Part shown: positions 32,433 through 42,078 of the stretch, piece by piece
Position numbering within the stretch: position 1 is the first letter of the stretch
Layout of the letters: each line of letters opens with the position of its first letter
Origin: Prasinococcaceae sp. CCMP 1430
Lineage: Eukaryota > Plantae > Prasinodermophyta
Direction of reading: 5' to 3'
DNA length: 64,000 nt
Assembly: GCA_013416795.1 (NCBI GenBank)
Contig: RQSC01000002.1
Location: forward strand, 158,351-222,350
Notes under the pieces: model-generated
Seen by the model: only the letters and a program-made list of their open reading frames with translations
Told to the model about the DNA's origin: nothing
Database searches by the model: none
Position numbers and translations under genes: made by a program

Positions 32433-32582
32433 GGGCTGTCGCAGGCTCTGGGTGGGGCAAGCGAGGCGGCGCGCCTGGGTGCACGCAAGCGTGACGCGCC
32501 GTCTGCCCATTGAACGCATTTGCCTTTCATTAATCCACACAAGAGGGCGCCTCAGTCAGTCGGCGCGCACGCGAGCTCCGTG

Positions 32583-34373
32583 TCAGGGTGCGAGCGTCAG
32601 CGTCGCCACGCACTCGGCATGGTGGCTGTGTGGGAAAAGGTCCAGCACGGTGATACCCTCCAGGTCGTACTGGAACTGCGGCTTTGAAGATCTGTACGCG
32701 CCGTGTTTCTTCTTCTTTGCGCTCGCCTCGGCCGCCTCGGCGTTCGACTGGTCGGCGCCGGCCTCGGGTGGGGTGTCGCCCTCACCTGGGCGCACGGGCG
32801 GGGCGCACAGAACCTGGAGATCGCGCGCCATGGTGCTCGGATTGCAGCTCACGTACACGATGCGACGTGCACCGCAGCGCCGCAACCAGCGCAACAGCTT
32901 GCCACTCATGCCCGGGCGGTTGGGATCGGTGATCACCACGTCGGGATTCGGCAGCGCGTTGTCGAGATCCTTCATGGCAGACCCGAGATCGCCGAGGTGG
33001 AAGGTGGCGTTGGTGATGCCGTTGTCAGCAGCGTTTTTGTTGGCGTCCTCGACAGCGCTCGCGGACAGCTCAAAGCCGTGGACCTCCTTAGCTCCTCGGG
33101 CCATCGACAGGCCGATGGTCCCCGTGCCACAAAAGAGGTCCAGGAGGGTCTCATCAGGCCGCAGGTCGGCAGCCTCAGCGGCCAGCTCGTACAGGCGCTC
33201 TGCCTGCTCGGTATTGGTTTGGAAGAAGGAATTCGCGCTGATGCGAAAACGCAGGCCGCGCAGCTCCTCGACAATGTAGCCAGCGCCCTCGAGCGTTCTC
33301 TCACCGACCGACGGCTGCGCGCCGCCGCCACCGCGCCCGCCCCCTCGCGGCGGCGTGACGTTGTGCACGACTGTGCACACTTCGGGCACCGTCTCGACGA
33401 GCTCGCGTGCAAGGACGTCGAGCTCAGCGTGGCGCTCATCCGTTGCCGTGATGATGTTCACCATCACGCCCGCCCGCGATGGGTCCGCCGGGTCCTTGCC
33501 CGAGCGCACCATGAGATGCCGTAGGAAGCCTGTGTGATCCACAGGGTCGTACGCCTGGAGGCCGAGCTCCTGCGCACGTGCGGCGACCAACTTTAGCACG
33601 GCATTGCCGGGCTCGCTCTGAATCTCGCAGCGGCGGATGGGCACCACCTTGTCGAAGCGCCCCGGCGCGTGCAGCCCCATGAAGAAGGGGCGCTGCTCCT
33701 CCTCGGCGCCCGCAGCGCCTCCTGCATGGATGGAGCCTGTTTCGCCGTCGCCCTCGACGCCGCCCCCGGAGGCACCATCGCTGCCGGCCACATCCTCCGC
33801 CTTATCCTTGGCGGCCTTGACGCGCTTGGTGGGCTTGGCGGCCGTCCACTGGCGCGTCGAGAGGGAGAACTCCATTTTGTTGCGATAGCCGTACTCACTG
33901 GCAGCGCCTACGGTGGGCTCATGTACGAGCGTCTCGGCGGCGGCGCGCTCCCACCTGCCGACGCGCTGCATCAGGTCGACCACCTGTGCGCGCTTGTGGC
34001 GCAGCTGCGCGTCGTAGTCGAGGTTCTGCAGTTTGCAGCCGCCGCACGTGCCAAAGTGCTCGCACCGCGCCTCCGCTGCGTCAGCGTGCGGTGACAGTGT
34101 CTGCAGCTTGAACGCCTCGAGGTAGCCGCGGCGGCGCTTGGAGACGCGCGCGACAAGCCTCTCGCCCGGAAGCGCGCGCTCGCAGAAGACCACGACGCCC
34201 TCGTCCGTGCGGCACACGCCGAGACCGCCATACGCGAGCGAGTCGCACGTGAGGTTTATCTCCGCGTTCTTCTTGGGCAGCGGGGCGCGCTCCCGCTGCT
34301 TCTGCTGCTGCTTCTCCTCCCCCCCGCCCCCGCGCTCCCCGGGGGCAACAGCGGCAGCCGCCGCGTGCGCGCG
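32583..34373 (-). CDS. rlmD: TRAM-domain RNA (uracil-5)-methyltransferase, RlmD/RumA/TrmA family
   Basis: TRAM (CDSLAYGGLGV), Fe-S motif CEHFGTCGGC, YRNKMEF, SFFQTN, LDLFCGTGTIG, DPNRPG, YVSCNP and DLFPHSHHAEC. The 5' exon is unresolved (possible TAG acceptor at 34374). Confidence 0.92.
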   Translation of the reverse strand, partial: RAHAAAAAVAPGERGGGGEEKQQQKQRERAPLPKKNAEINLTCDSLAYGGLGVCRTDEGVVVFCERALPGERLVARVSKRRRGYLEAFKLQTLSPHADAAEARCEHFGTCGGCKLQNLDYDAQLRHKRAQVVDLMQRVGRWERAAAETLVHEPTVGAASEYGYRNKMEFSLSTRQWTAAKPTKRVKAAKDKAEDVAGSDGASGGGVEGDGETGSIHAGGAAGAEEEQRPFFMGLHAPGRFDKVVPIRRCEIQSEPGNAVLKLVAARAQELGLQAYDPVDHTGFLRHLMVRSGKDPADPSRAGVMVNIITATDERHAELDVLARELVETVPEVCTVVHNVTPPRGGGRGGGGAQPSVGERTLEGAGYIVEELRGLRFRISANSFFQTNTEQAERLYELAAEAADLRPDETLLDLFCGTGTIGLSMARGAKEVHGFELSASAVEDANKNAADNGITNATFHLGDLGSAMKDLDNALPNPDVVITDPNRPGMSGKLLRWLRRCGARRIVYVSCNPSTMARDLQVLCAPPVRPGEGDTPPEAGADQSNAEAAEASAKKKKHGAYRSSKPQFQYDLEGITVLDLFPHSHHAECVATLTLAP

Positions 34374-34523
34374 CTAACTCAAAGCATCACGAAGTGTGCA
34401 TATTTATGGCCCTCCCCTCGGGCGCGCACCGCGCTCGCTGTGGCGGCGCCCACCTCCCCGCAACCCTCCGCGCGCGCGCGCGGACGTGGCGCCGCCTGCG
34501 GCGACGCGCAACGAGGGTCTGCG

Positions 34524-34573
34524 TTTTGGGGTTTAGGGTTAGGGTTCGGGTCCAATGTTTAGGGTTAGGTTTT
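34524..34573. repeat. Short degenerate interstitial telomere-like repeats / telo-boxes
   Basis: TTTTGGGG TTTAGGG TTAGGG TTCGGG ... TTTAGGG TTAGGTTTT. The reverse complement contains AAACCCTA-like units. Confidence 0.7.
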
Positions 34574-34786
34574 GCACTGTACTGCAGTCGACTGCAGTCA
34601 CTACTGTGTGTTCGTTCCACCGACCAACGTCGTCTGATGGCCTGGAGCCGGGCGTCGGTCGTGCGATGGCGTGCGTGCGGCGTATCAACTAGTCTGATCC
34701 TTATCGCATGCGAGGCGCGTGCGTTGGCGCCCCTCGTTGGCGCCAAAGCGCGCGTGGCGAGCGTGCGCCTGCATCCTCATTGTCTC

Positions 34787-37700
34787 TCAGTCCGAGGATG
34801 CCCCCGCGTGCTGCCCCCTGCCGCCGAAGAGCTGGAAGCGGCGCCTTCCGCCGCTGCTCGCCCTGTTGCCGCTCGAGGATGCGCTGTCAACAGCGTCGCC
34901 GCGCTGCCCCTCCTCAGAGAGCGCGCCGCTGGTAGGGCCCGTCGATTCGACCAAGCCGTGCCTGGCCCTCCTGTTTTCTCCGGAGCAGCACAAGCCGCAG
35001 GTGAGCCAACGAGGCAGCGCGAGGCACGGTGCTCGCGCGCCCGGCGCATCGCCACCACGCGAGTAGGTGCAGCATCGACCGCAGCGCTTGGCAACGGAAG
35101 CCCCAAAGACGATGGCCAGCACAAAGCCGCCGCTGACGGCCCAGACGATAAAGACGGACGGCGTGCCCAGCACGATGACAACGATGCTCACCACCAGCTG
35201 CCACAGCTGCATTGGCCCACCAAAGCGGATGAAGTCCCAAAATCTATAGCCGCCGGCACCGTACACCATGAGGTTGGTCTGATAGCCGAAGGGGCTCGCG
35301 AAGCTTGCAGAGGCGGCAAGCATGACGTTGAAGGACATGTTAAGAACGTCAGTGCCGGCATTGGTGGCGGCGTCTGCCGCGACGGGAAACATGAGGGCCG
35401 CGGCGGCATTGTTGCCGACGATGTTCGCGAGGACGATAGTGCCCACGTAGATAGCAACAAGCAGGCCTGTTTCTCCCGTGCCAGTGGCATCCGCGGCATC
35501 CACCAGCCATTTCGCGAGGTTGCCAGCGACGCCTGAATTCTCCAAGGCGTTCGACAAGCCGAAGGCCGACGCGATGGTGACGATCACCTGCCAGTTGACG
35601 CTATCGCGCGCCTGCTGCTGGGTGAGGCATCCCGTGATGATCATAAAGCCAGCTGCGAGAAGTGCGGACGTGAAGAGCGGCAGCACGTTGGCCACGGCCA
35701 GCGCGATCATGGTGATAGCCGCCGCACTCGCGACGTACAGCAGGTGGAAGCGCGGCGGCATCGAGTTGCGGATCTCAGACACGAGCGCGAAGGCCGGGTC
35801 TTTGCCGTGCGAGCGCATGAAACTCGGCCCCGTGTCCAGCAGCAGCACGTCGCCCGGCCGAAAGCGAATGGCGCCGATCTGCTCGTGCACTCGCTCGCCT
35901 GCGCGATGCACGGCAATGATGACAGCGTCGTAGCGCGTGCGGAAGCGCGCGTCCTTGGCGGTGTGCCCCACCAGCTCACTGTGCTGTGCCAGCACTGCCT
36001 GCACCAGCCGGCGCTCGGCCTTGGCCATTTTGAGCTTCGAGGTCTGGTCGTCCTCCAAGGGTACCAGCCCGGGCACACGCCTTAGGGCCGCCACACTCGC
36101 TAACTCGCCCGAGAACCACAGAATGTCGCCCACGCGCAGCTTGTCGTCGCGATCCGCCACCACGATGGACGGTTCCGAGGTTGTTGGCGCGACGCCGCCT
36201 TCATCCACCAGAGGGACACTCACGGACGGCGATGGGGGCGGCGCCTCCACATCCACACCGTGACCGTTCGTCGCGGCATCGGCGGGAGGAGGATCGCCGC
36301 CTGTCGTCTCAGTACCATTCACGCCGCCGTCATTTGCCTCGCCCTCAGCCTCGGCCTCGGCCTCTGGATGACGCTCGATGGAGGCGAGGAACAGGCCGGG
36401 CAGGCCACGCAGTCCAGCCTCCTGCACAGTCTTGCCGACGATGGGCGAGCCGCGCGCCACGCGCATCGCAATCATGAACTCGATTTCGGAGCTGCGCGAG
36501 CCCTGCACGATCTCGAGGTCGCGGTGGCACTCTCGCAGACTGGCCGGCTCATCCACGTTTGCTGCCAATGTAGCGGTGGAGGGCGCCGAGCCATCACCGC
36601 TGGCGGCGTCCTGGGAGCCTTGCGCCGCCTGCGTCGCAGCGGCCGAGTCATCCGTTTGTGAATCAGCGGGGGCATCGATGGTCACCGACGAGAGTTCAAC
36701 CCCAGACGCGCCCCCATTTTGCGCCTGCCGAGTTCCGTCCACGGCGTCGCTGCTAGTGCTCGCGTCGCTTGTCACAGCAGGTGCAGCAGGAGTCACAAAA
36801 CTGCTCGCGATGCGGCTGAACGCCCAGCGCGACGGCAAAGCCACCGACGAGGCTGCATCGCTGGCGGCGGCATCGTCTTCGGGCACATTGCCGGCGATGA
36901 GCTCCAGGAGCGCAGAGTTCGCTGACACTTGCATGATGATGATGTCACCCCGTTCGAGCTCCGTCTGCCCAATTTGGCCGTGCAGCTGCTCTCCTCGGCG
37001 CGCAATGGCGATGATCGCGGCGCCGTAGCGCCTTCGGAAGCCAACCTCTCGAGGCGTGCGCCCAATCAGGTGCGAATCAGGGCGCACGGCCGCCCGCGCC
37101 ATGCGCAATCCCGGCGGGGGAAGGCTCGGATGGGGAGCAACGGCTGGCGTGCCCGCGTATTCCCCGCCTGCTGCGATCGGCGCTGTGAGCGCTCGCTCCT
37201 CCTCTTCCTCAGAGAGCACGCTGTAGCCATCGGGGGCACGCGTGAAGCTCATCCCTCCCTCGCTGCGGGCGTAGCGACCTGACGGCAGCGCGAAGGACGC
37301 CTGCCTCGCACCGAACAGGCGTTCCTCGAGCGCCCGCTCTTGCGTGTCGGAGCCCTCCAAACCAACCACTCCGATGTCGGACGACGCGCGGAGCGCAGTA
37401 AGATCGGTGGGCCCCTGCGCGTCTCTGAGGAGAGGCTGCCCCGGGCGTAGCTGGATGCGGTCGAACAAGTTTTTCTTGATGCGCAGCTCCTGCGGTAGCT
37501 CATTTGGTAGATGCTCGGGCAGTTTTGGCAGGTGCAGATCCAGGTCGTTCGCTGCGCCTCGAATGAAGCCGCTCCGGCCGCCGAAGCGCATCGCGCTCGC
37601 CGTCGCGGCACCGCTCGTGGAGGCGCCCCCTTCAGCGTCGGCGCCCCCATCAGCGTCGGCGCCCTCGACGGCGGCTGACGGGTCCTCGCTAACATCGTGG

Positions 37701-38689
37701 TCGTGCTCGTGGTGCAAGGGTTCCAGGCCATACGCAGCGGCCACCTCGCCGAGTTTTTCGGCCATGCCGGTGAAGTGCAGCACGTCGCCCTCGTTGACCA
37801 CGAACTCGGGCCCGAGAGCGCGCACCAGCATGTCGCCGCGCCGCGCGGATACCAGGTAGAGGCCCGGCAGTCCACGCAGGCCGCCCTCAGCCACCGTGCG
37901 CCCCACGGCGGGGCTGCTCGGGCGCACGCGTGCGGCGACCACCAGCTCGCCCGTGGCACCTCTCGGCCCAGCCGCCGCTTGAGCTGCTTCGTCGTGCTTG
38001 CGACGCGCGCCGCCGGCCAGCAGCCACGGCGACACCAACAGTATGTACGCGAGCCCCGAGAACATCACGGGCACGCCGAATGGGCTCAGGTCGAAGATGC
38101 CGATCGCGGGTTGGTCGGGAAAGCGCTCCTCGTAGAGTCCGGACACCACCAGGTTGGTCGACGTCCCGATGAGTGTGCACGTGCCGCCCAGGATGGACGC
38201 GAAGCTCAGCGGGATGAAGAGCTGCCCCGGTGCGAGCTTGATGCGCGCTGCCCACTGCTGGACGATGGGGATCAGAATCGCCACGACCGGCGTGTTGTTG
38301 AGAAATGCGGACACCACCGCAACGGGCGCCATCAGCCTGAACTGCGCCGCGGCTGCCGTCTTGGGCGCCCCGAGGATGCGCTGCATGTAGTAGTCCAAGC
38401 CTCCGGTGTTGTTGATGCCCGCCGCCACCGCGAAGAGCACGCCCACCGTCAGCAGCCCCTGGTTGCTGAAGCCCTCGAGTCCCTCCGCCACGGTTATGAT
38501 CTTTGTCGTGGCAAGTATGAGCGCCAGCGCGCCCAGGAGCGCCATGTCGGGCTTGGCGTAGTCGAAGAGCATCAGCACGAACGCGATGACGACGCACACG
38601 GTGGTGTACCACGCCTCCCATCCCCACGAGGGGGTGTCATCGCCCGGCGGCGGCGGCGGCGGCGGCACGGCCGCCTCGTTCGACGCCAT
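34787..38689 (-). CDS. SLT: SLC13-family Na+/sulfate cotransporter (SAC1-like transporter, SLT) with four TrkA-C modules
   Basis: GFSNQGLLTVGVLFAVAAGI, SAFLNNTPVVAILIP, LSFASILGGTCTLIGTSTNLVV, four TrkA-C-like units in an A-B-A-B pattern, and SASFASPFGYQTNLMVYGAGGYRFWDF. Confidence 0.95.
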   Translation of the reverse strand: MASNEAAVPPPPPPPGDDTPSWGWEAWYTTVCVVIAFVLMLFDYAKPDMALLGALALILATTKIITVAEGLEGFSNQGLLTVGVLFAVAAGINNTGGLDYYMQRILGAPKTAAAAQFRLMAPVAVVSAFLNNTPVVAILIPIVQQWAARIKLAPGQLFIPLSFASILGGTCTLIGTSTNLVVSGLYEERFPDQPAIGIFDLSPFGVPVMFSGLAYILLVSPWLLAGGARRKHDEAAQAAAGPRGATGELVVAARVRPSSPAVGRTVAEGGLRGLPGLYLVSARRGDMLVRALGPEFVVNEGDVLHFTGMAEKLGEVAAAYGLEPLHHEHDHDVSEDPSAAVEGADADGGADAEGGASTSGAATASAMRFGGRSGFIRGAANDLDLHLPKLPEHLPNELPQELRIKKNLFDRIQLRPGQPLLRDAQGPTDLTALRASSDIGVVGLEGSDTQERALEERLFGARQASFALPSGRYARSEGGMSFTRAPDGYSVLSEEEEERALTAPIAAGGEYAGTPAVAPHPSLPPPGLRMARAAVRPDSHLIGRTPREVGFRRRYGAAIIAIARRGEQLHGQIGQTELERGDIIIMQVSANSALLELIAGNVPEDDAAASDAASSVALPSRWAFSRIASSFVTPAAPAVTSDASTSSDAVDGTRQAQNGGASGVELSSVTIDAPADSQTDDSAAATQAAQGSQDAASGDGSAPSTATLAANVDEPASLRECHRDLEIVQGSRSSEIEFMIAMRVARGSPIVGKTVQEAGLRGLPGLFLASIERHPEAEAEAEGEANDGGVNGTETTGGDPPPADAATNGHGVDVEAPPPSPSVSVPLVDEGGVAPTTSEPSIVVADRDDKLRVGDILWFSGELASVAALRRVPGLVPLEDDQTSKLKMAKAERRLVQAVLAQHSELVGHTAKDARFRTRYDAVIIAVHRAGERVHEQIGAIRFRPGDVLLLDTGPSFMRSHGKDPAFALVSEIRNSMPPRFHLLYVASAAAITMIALAVANVLPLFTSALLAAGFMIITGCLTQQQARDSVNWQVIVTIASAFGLSNALENSGVAGNLAKWLVDAADATGTGETGLLVAIYVGTIVLANIVGNNAAAALMFPVAADAATNAGTDVLNMSFNVMLAASASFASPFGYQTNLMVYGAGGYRFWDFIRFGGPMQLWQLVVSIVVIVLGTPSVFIVWAVSGGFVLAIVFGASVAKRCGRCCTYSRGGDAPGARAPCLALPRWLTCGLCCSGENRRARHGLVESTGPTSGALSEEGQRGDAVDSASSSGNRASSGGRRRFQLFGGRGQHAGASSD

Positions 38690-38981
38690 CGCCTCGCCCT
38701 TCCCTCCGCCCCGCTTCGCCCCCCGCGGGGCGGCCGCGCCCGCGTCGGTCCGTCCGCGCACCATCATCATCATCCCCCACACACCCACCTCCCCGTGGGC
38801 CCGCCGCGCCGCACGCGCGCACGCTGCTACCACCCACGCGCAGCACTTTTCGGCGCCGTCGTCGCCGCGTCTTTGGGTTACACCCAAACCTCAACGCAGG
38901 TCAATTTCAAGGCCAATCTCAACGCCAATTTCAGCGCCAACGCCGACGCCAAGCGACCAGACGAGAGCCAGGGAGAATGAG

Positions 38982-39003
38982 ATGTACCATCCGGATGGTA
39001 CAT
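38982..39003. promoter_or_regulatory. Perfect 22-bp palindrome ATGTACCATCCGGATGGTACAT
   Basis: Exact self-complementarity checked by hand. It lies about 290 bp upstream of the SLT start. A regulatory role is inferred. Confidence 0.6.
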
Positions 39004-39509
39004 GTGCTGCAATGTCACTCATCATGCATCAAATGCAAATGCCGCATTTGTAGACCCTTTTTACACTCCGTTCGACATCGAGCTGACGTGTGGTGAGGCG
39101 CACGAGGTGTTTTTTCCCCTCTTTTTTCCGTCTTCGGATGGACTCGCGGCGTTCGTTTTGATGGGGGGGGCGCGCGTTCGGGATTCGGGCCGGCGCGGCG
39201 GCTCGCACCGATGCGCTGTGCGCGCGCGCGCGCTGTGTGCGTACGTGCGTGCGCGCGGGCGCTGCGTGCGTGAGTGCGTGCGTGCATGCGTGTCCGCGCG
39301 CGTGCGAGCGCGGGCGCGTGTGCGGACCTGGGCGTGGATGTGTGGCGTGCGTGCGTGCGTGTGCGATCCTGCTCGCGATCGCGATCGCGATGATGGCAAC
39401 CGCCGCGGTCGTGCCGTGAGCGCGATCGCGGTCGATCGCGGTGCGGGGCGCCGCCGCGAGCGGTGGTGCTCGCACGCCTGCTCACCCGGGCGTGCGCCAC
39501 ATCGCGAGG

Positions 39510-40367
39510 CGGAGCGCGCCGCCAAGAAGGCGGCGGCGGCAGACGAGGCCGAGCCGGCGGCCGCGGACGTGGCGGCAGAGGGTGTCGCTGCGCTGTCGGT
39601 GGAGGGCGCCGTCGAGGCCGCGGATGGCGACGCGGGCGCCGCCAAGCCCGAGAAGAAGAAGCGCGAGTCGCGCTTCGGCAAGAAGGGCAAGAAGGCCAAG
39701 GAGGATGCCGCGCGCGCCGAGGCGGAGCGCGCGGCGGCCGAGGCGGCGGCCAAGGCCAACGCCAAGGGCGACCGCGGCGGACGCGAGCACCTGGGCTTCT
39801 TCGAGCGAACGGGGCCCAACGCGCCGCGCCGCCGCAACCTGAACATGGACATCCACATCGAGAACATCACGCTGGCGGCGGGCAACGCCGAGCTGATCTC
39901 GAACGGCGTGCTGCGGCTGGTGTACGGCGTGCACTACGGCCTGGTGGGGCGCAACGGCGTGGGCAAGAGCACGCTGCTGCGCGCCATCACCAGCGGCGAG
40001 GTGCAGATGCCCGATTTCCTGTTCACCATCCACGTCGAGCAGGAGATCCAGGGCGACGACCGCACGGTGCTGCAGACCATTCTTCAGGTGGACAAGGAGC
40101 GCGAGTGGCTCCTCGCCAAGGAGGAGGAGCTGTGCGCGATGGACGACGAGGAGGCCGAGCGCTACGTCGCGGACGGCGGCGTCGACCTCAACGAGGTCTA
40201 CGAGCGCCTGGACGAGCTCGACAGCGACTCGGCCGAGAGCCGCGCGGCTGCCATCCTCGCTGGCCTGGGCTTCGACCACGAGGCGCAGAACAGGCCCACG
40301 CGCGAGTTCTCCGGCGGCTGGCGCATGCGCATCGCGCTCGCGCAGGCGCTCTTCCTCAAGCCCGATC

Positions 40368-40398
<31 letters not shown>

Positions 40399-41962
40399 GG
40401 ATGTCTTCGCGCTCACCTGGCTGGAGGAGTTCCTGAGCACGTGGGAGCGCACCATCGTCATCGTGTCGCACGACCGCGGCTTCCTCAACACGGTCACCAA
40501 CGCCACCGCGCACCTGCACCGCAAGCGTCTGTGGTACTACGGCGGCAACTACGACACCTTCATCAAGGTGCGCGCGGAGCACAGGGCGAACCAGATGTCG
40601 ACGCACAAGGACCAGACCGCGCGCGCCGACCAGCTGAAGCGCTTCATCGCCAAGTTCGGCCAGGGCCACAAGAAGATGGTCAAGCAAGCGCAGTGCCGCA
40701 TGAAGAAGCTCGACAAGCTCAAGGAGGAGATGGTGACGGTCGACTGGGACGACGCGTCCCTCAAGATCAACTTCCCGGCGGCCACGCCGCTGCCGCCGCC
40801 GTGCGTGTCGGTGGTCGACACGGCGTTCGGCTACGAGCCGGGCAAGACGCTGTACGAGAACCTCAACTTCGGGCTCGACTGCGACAGCCGCGTGGCCATC
40901 GTGGGGCCCAACGGCGCGGGCAAGTCCACCTTCCTCAAGCTGGTCATGGGCGAGATCATCCCCACGGAGGGCTGGGTGAACCGCCACTGCAAGCTGCGCC
41001 TGGCGATGTTCTCGCAGCACTCGGTGGAGAAGATGGACGTCGAGGCCGACGCGGTGACGCACATGCGCCGCCTGGACGAGGACATGCCGCTCGAGGAGGC
41101 GCGCGCCTTCCTGGGGCGCTTCGGCCTGAGCGGGCAGCTGGCGACCAACCCCATCAAGAACCTCTCGGGCGGGCAGAAGAGCAGGCTGGCCTTCGCCGAG
41201 CTCGCGTGGAGGCTCCCGCACATCCTGCTCTTGGACGAGCCCACCAACCACCTCGACCTCGAGACCATCGAGTCGCTCGCGATGGCCATCAACGCCTTCG
41301 AGGGCGGCGTGGTGCTCGTATCGCACGACGAGCGCCTCATCTCGCTCACGTGCGACGAGCTGTGGTGCGTGCACAAGGGGCAGGGCGGCAAGCCGGGGTC
41401 TGTGTTCGTGTATGACGGCGACTTCGACTCGTACCGCGAGATGCTCAAGAACGACTTCAAGGAGCAGGCGCTGCTCAAGTCGGGGAAGTCCAAGAAGAAA
41501 GGCGGGAAGGAGGCCGAGGTCGCCAAGGCGGGCAAGCAGCCCGAAGTCACCAAGGCCGCGCCGGGCGCCAAGCCGGTCATGGTGCCGCCCAGACCCGGCG
41601 CTGCGCGGCCAGCGGCGCCCGCGCCCGCGCCCGCCGCGTCGGTGGCGGGCGGCGGCGGCGGCGGCTCGTGGAGCGCGGCGCGCGGCGACGGGGGCGGAAG
41701 TGGCGGCAGCAACGGGTGGCGGGGCGGCGGTGATTCGCGGGGCGCGCCCAGCAGACCCGCGGCAGAGCCCGCGAGGCCCAACAATGGCTACGTGGCACTT
41801 GGCCGCGGCACCAGCAAGGGCGGCGGCGGTGGCTGGGGCGGCGGCGGTGGCGGTGGCGCGGGCGCGGCGGACGACGCCTGGGACGACGAGCCTGCTGCGC
41901 TGGCGCCAGCGCCAGCGCCGCGCGGCAGCTACGTGCCGCCGCACCTGCGGAATCGCCAGTAG
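39510..41962 (+). CDS. ABCF: ABC-F family translation-associated ATPase (GCN20/ARB1/ABCF-like), 5' end unresolved
   Basis: Two NBDs (GRNGVGKS, FSGGWRMR, LLLDEPTNHLD; GPNGAGKS, LSGGQKSR, LLLDEPTNHLD), no transmembrane helices, and a Gly/Arg-rich tail ending in YVPPHLRNRQ. Confidence 0.95.
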
Positions 41963-42078
41963 GAGGCACGGCGGCGGCGCGCGCGCGAGCAATGTATCAT
42001 AAGACCGGGTGTGTCTACAACCGCCCTGGCGCGTTGCTGCGCACGCGCCTATGGCGAGCGGCATCCCCGGCGTGGGGC

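Noticed and set aside
34524-34573. True telomere or chromosome end
   Set aside because: Only about five degenerate units, with genes on both sides.
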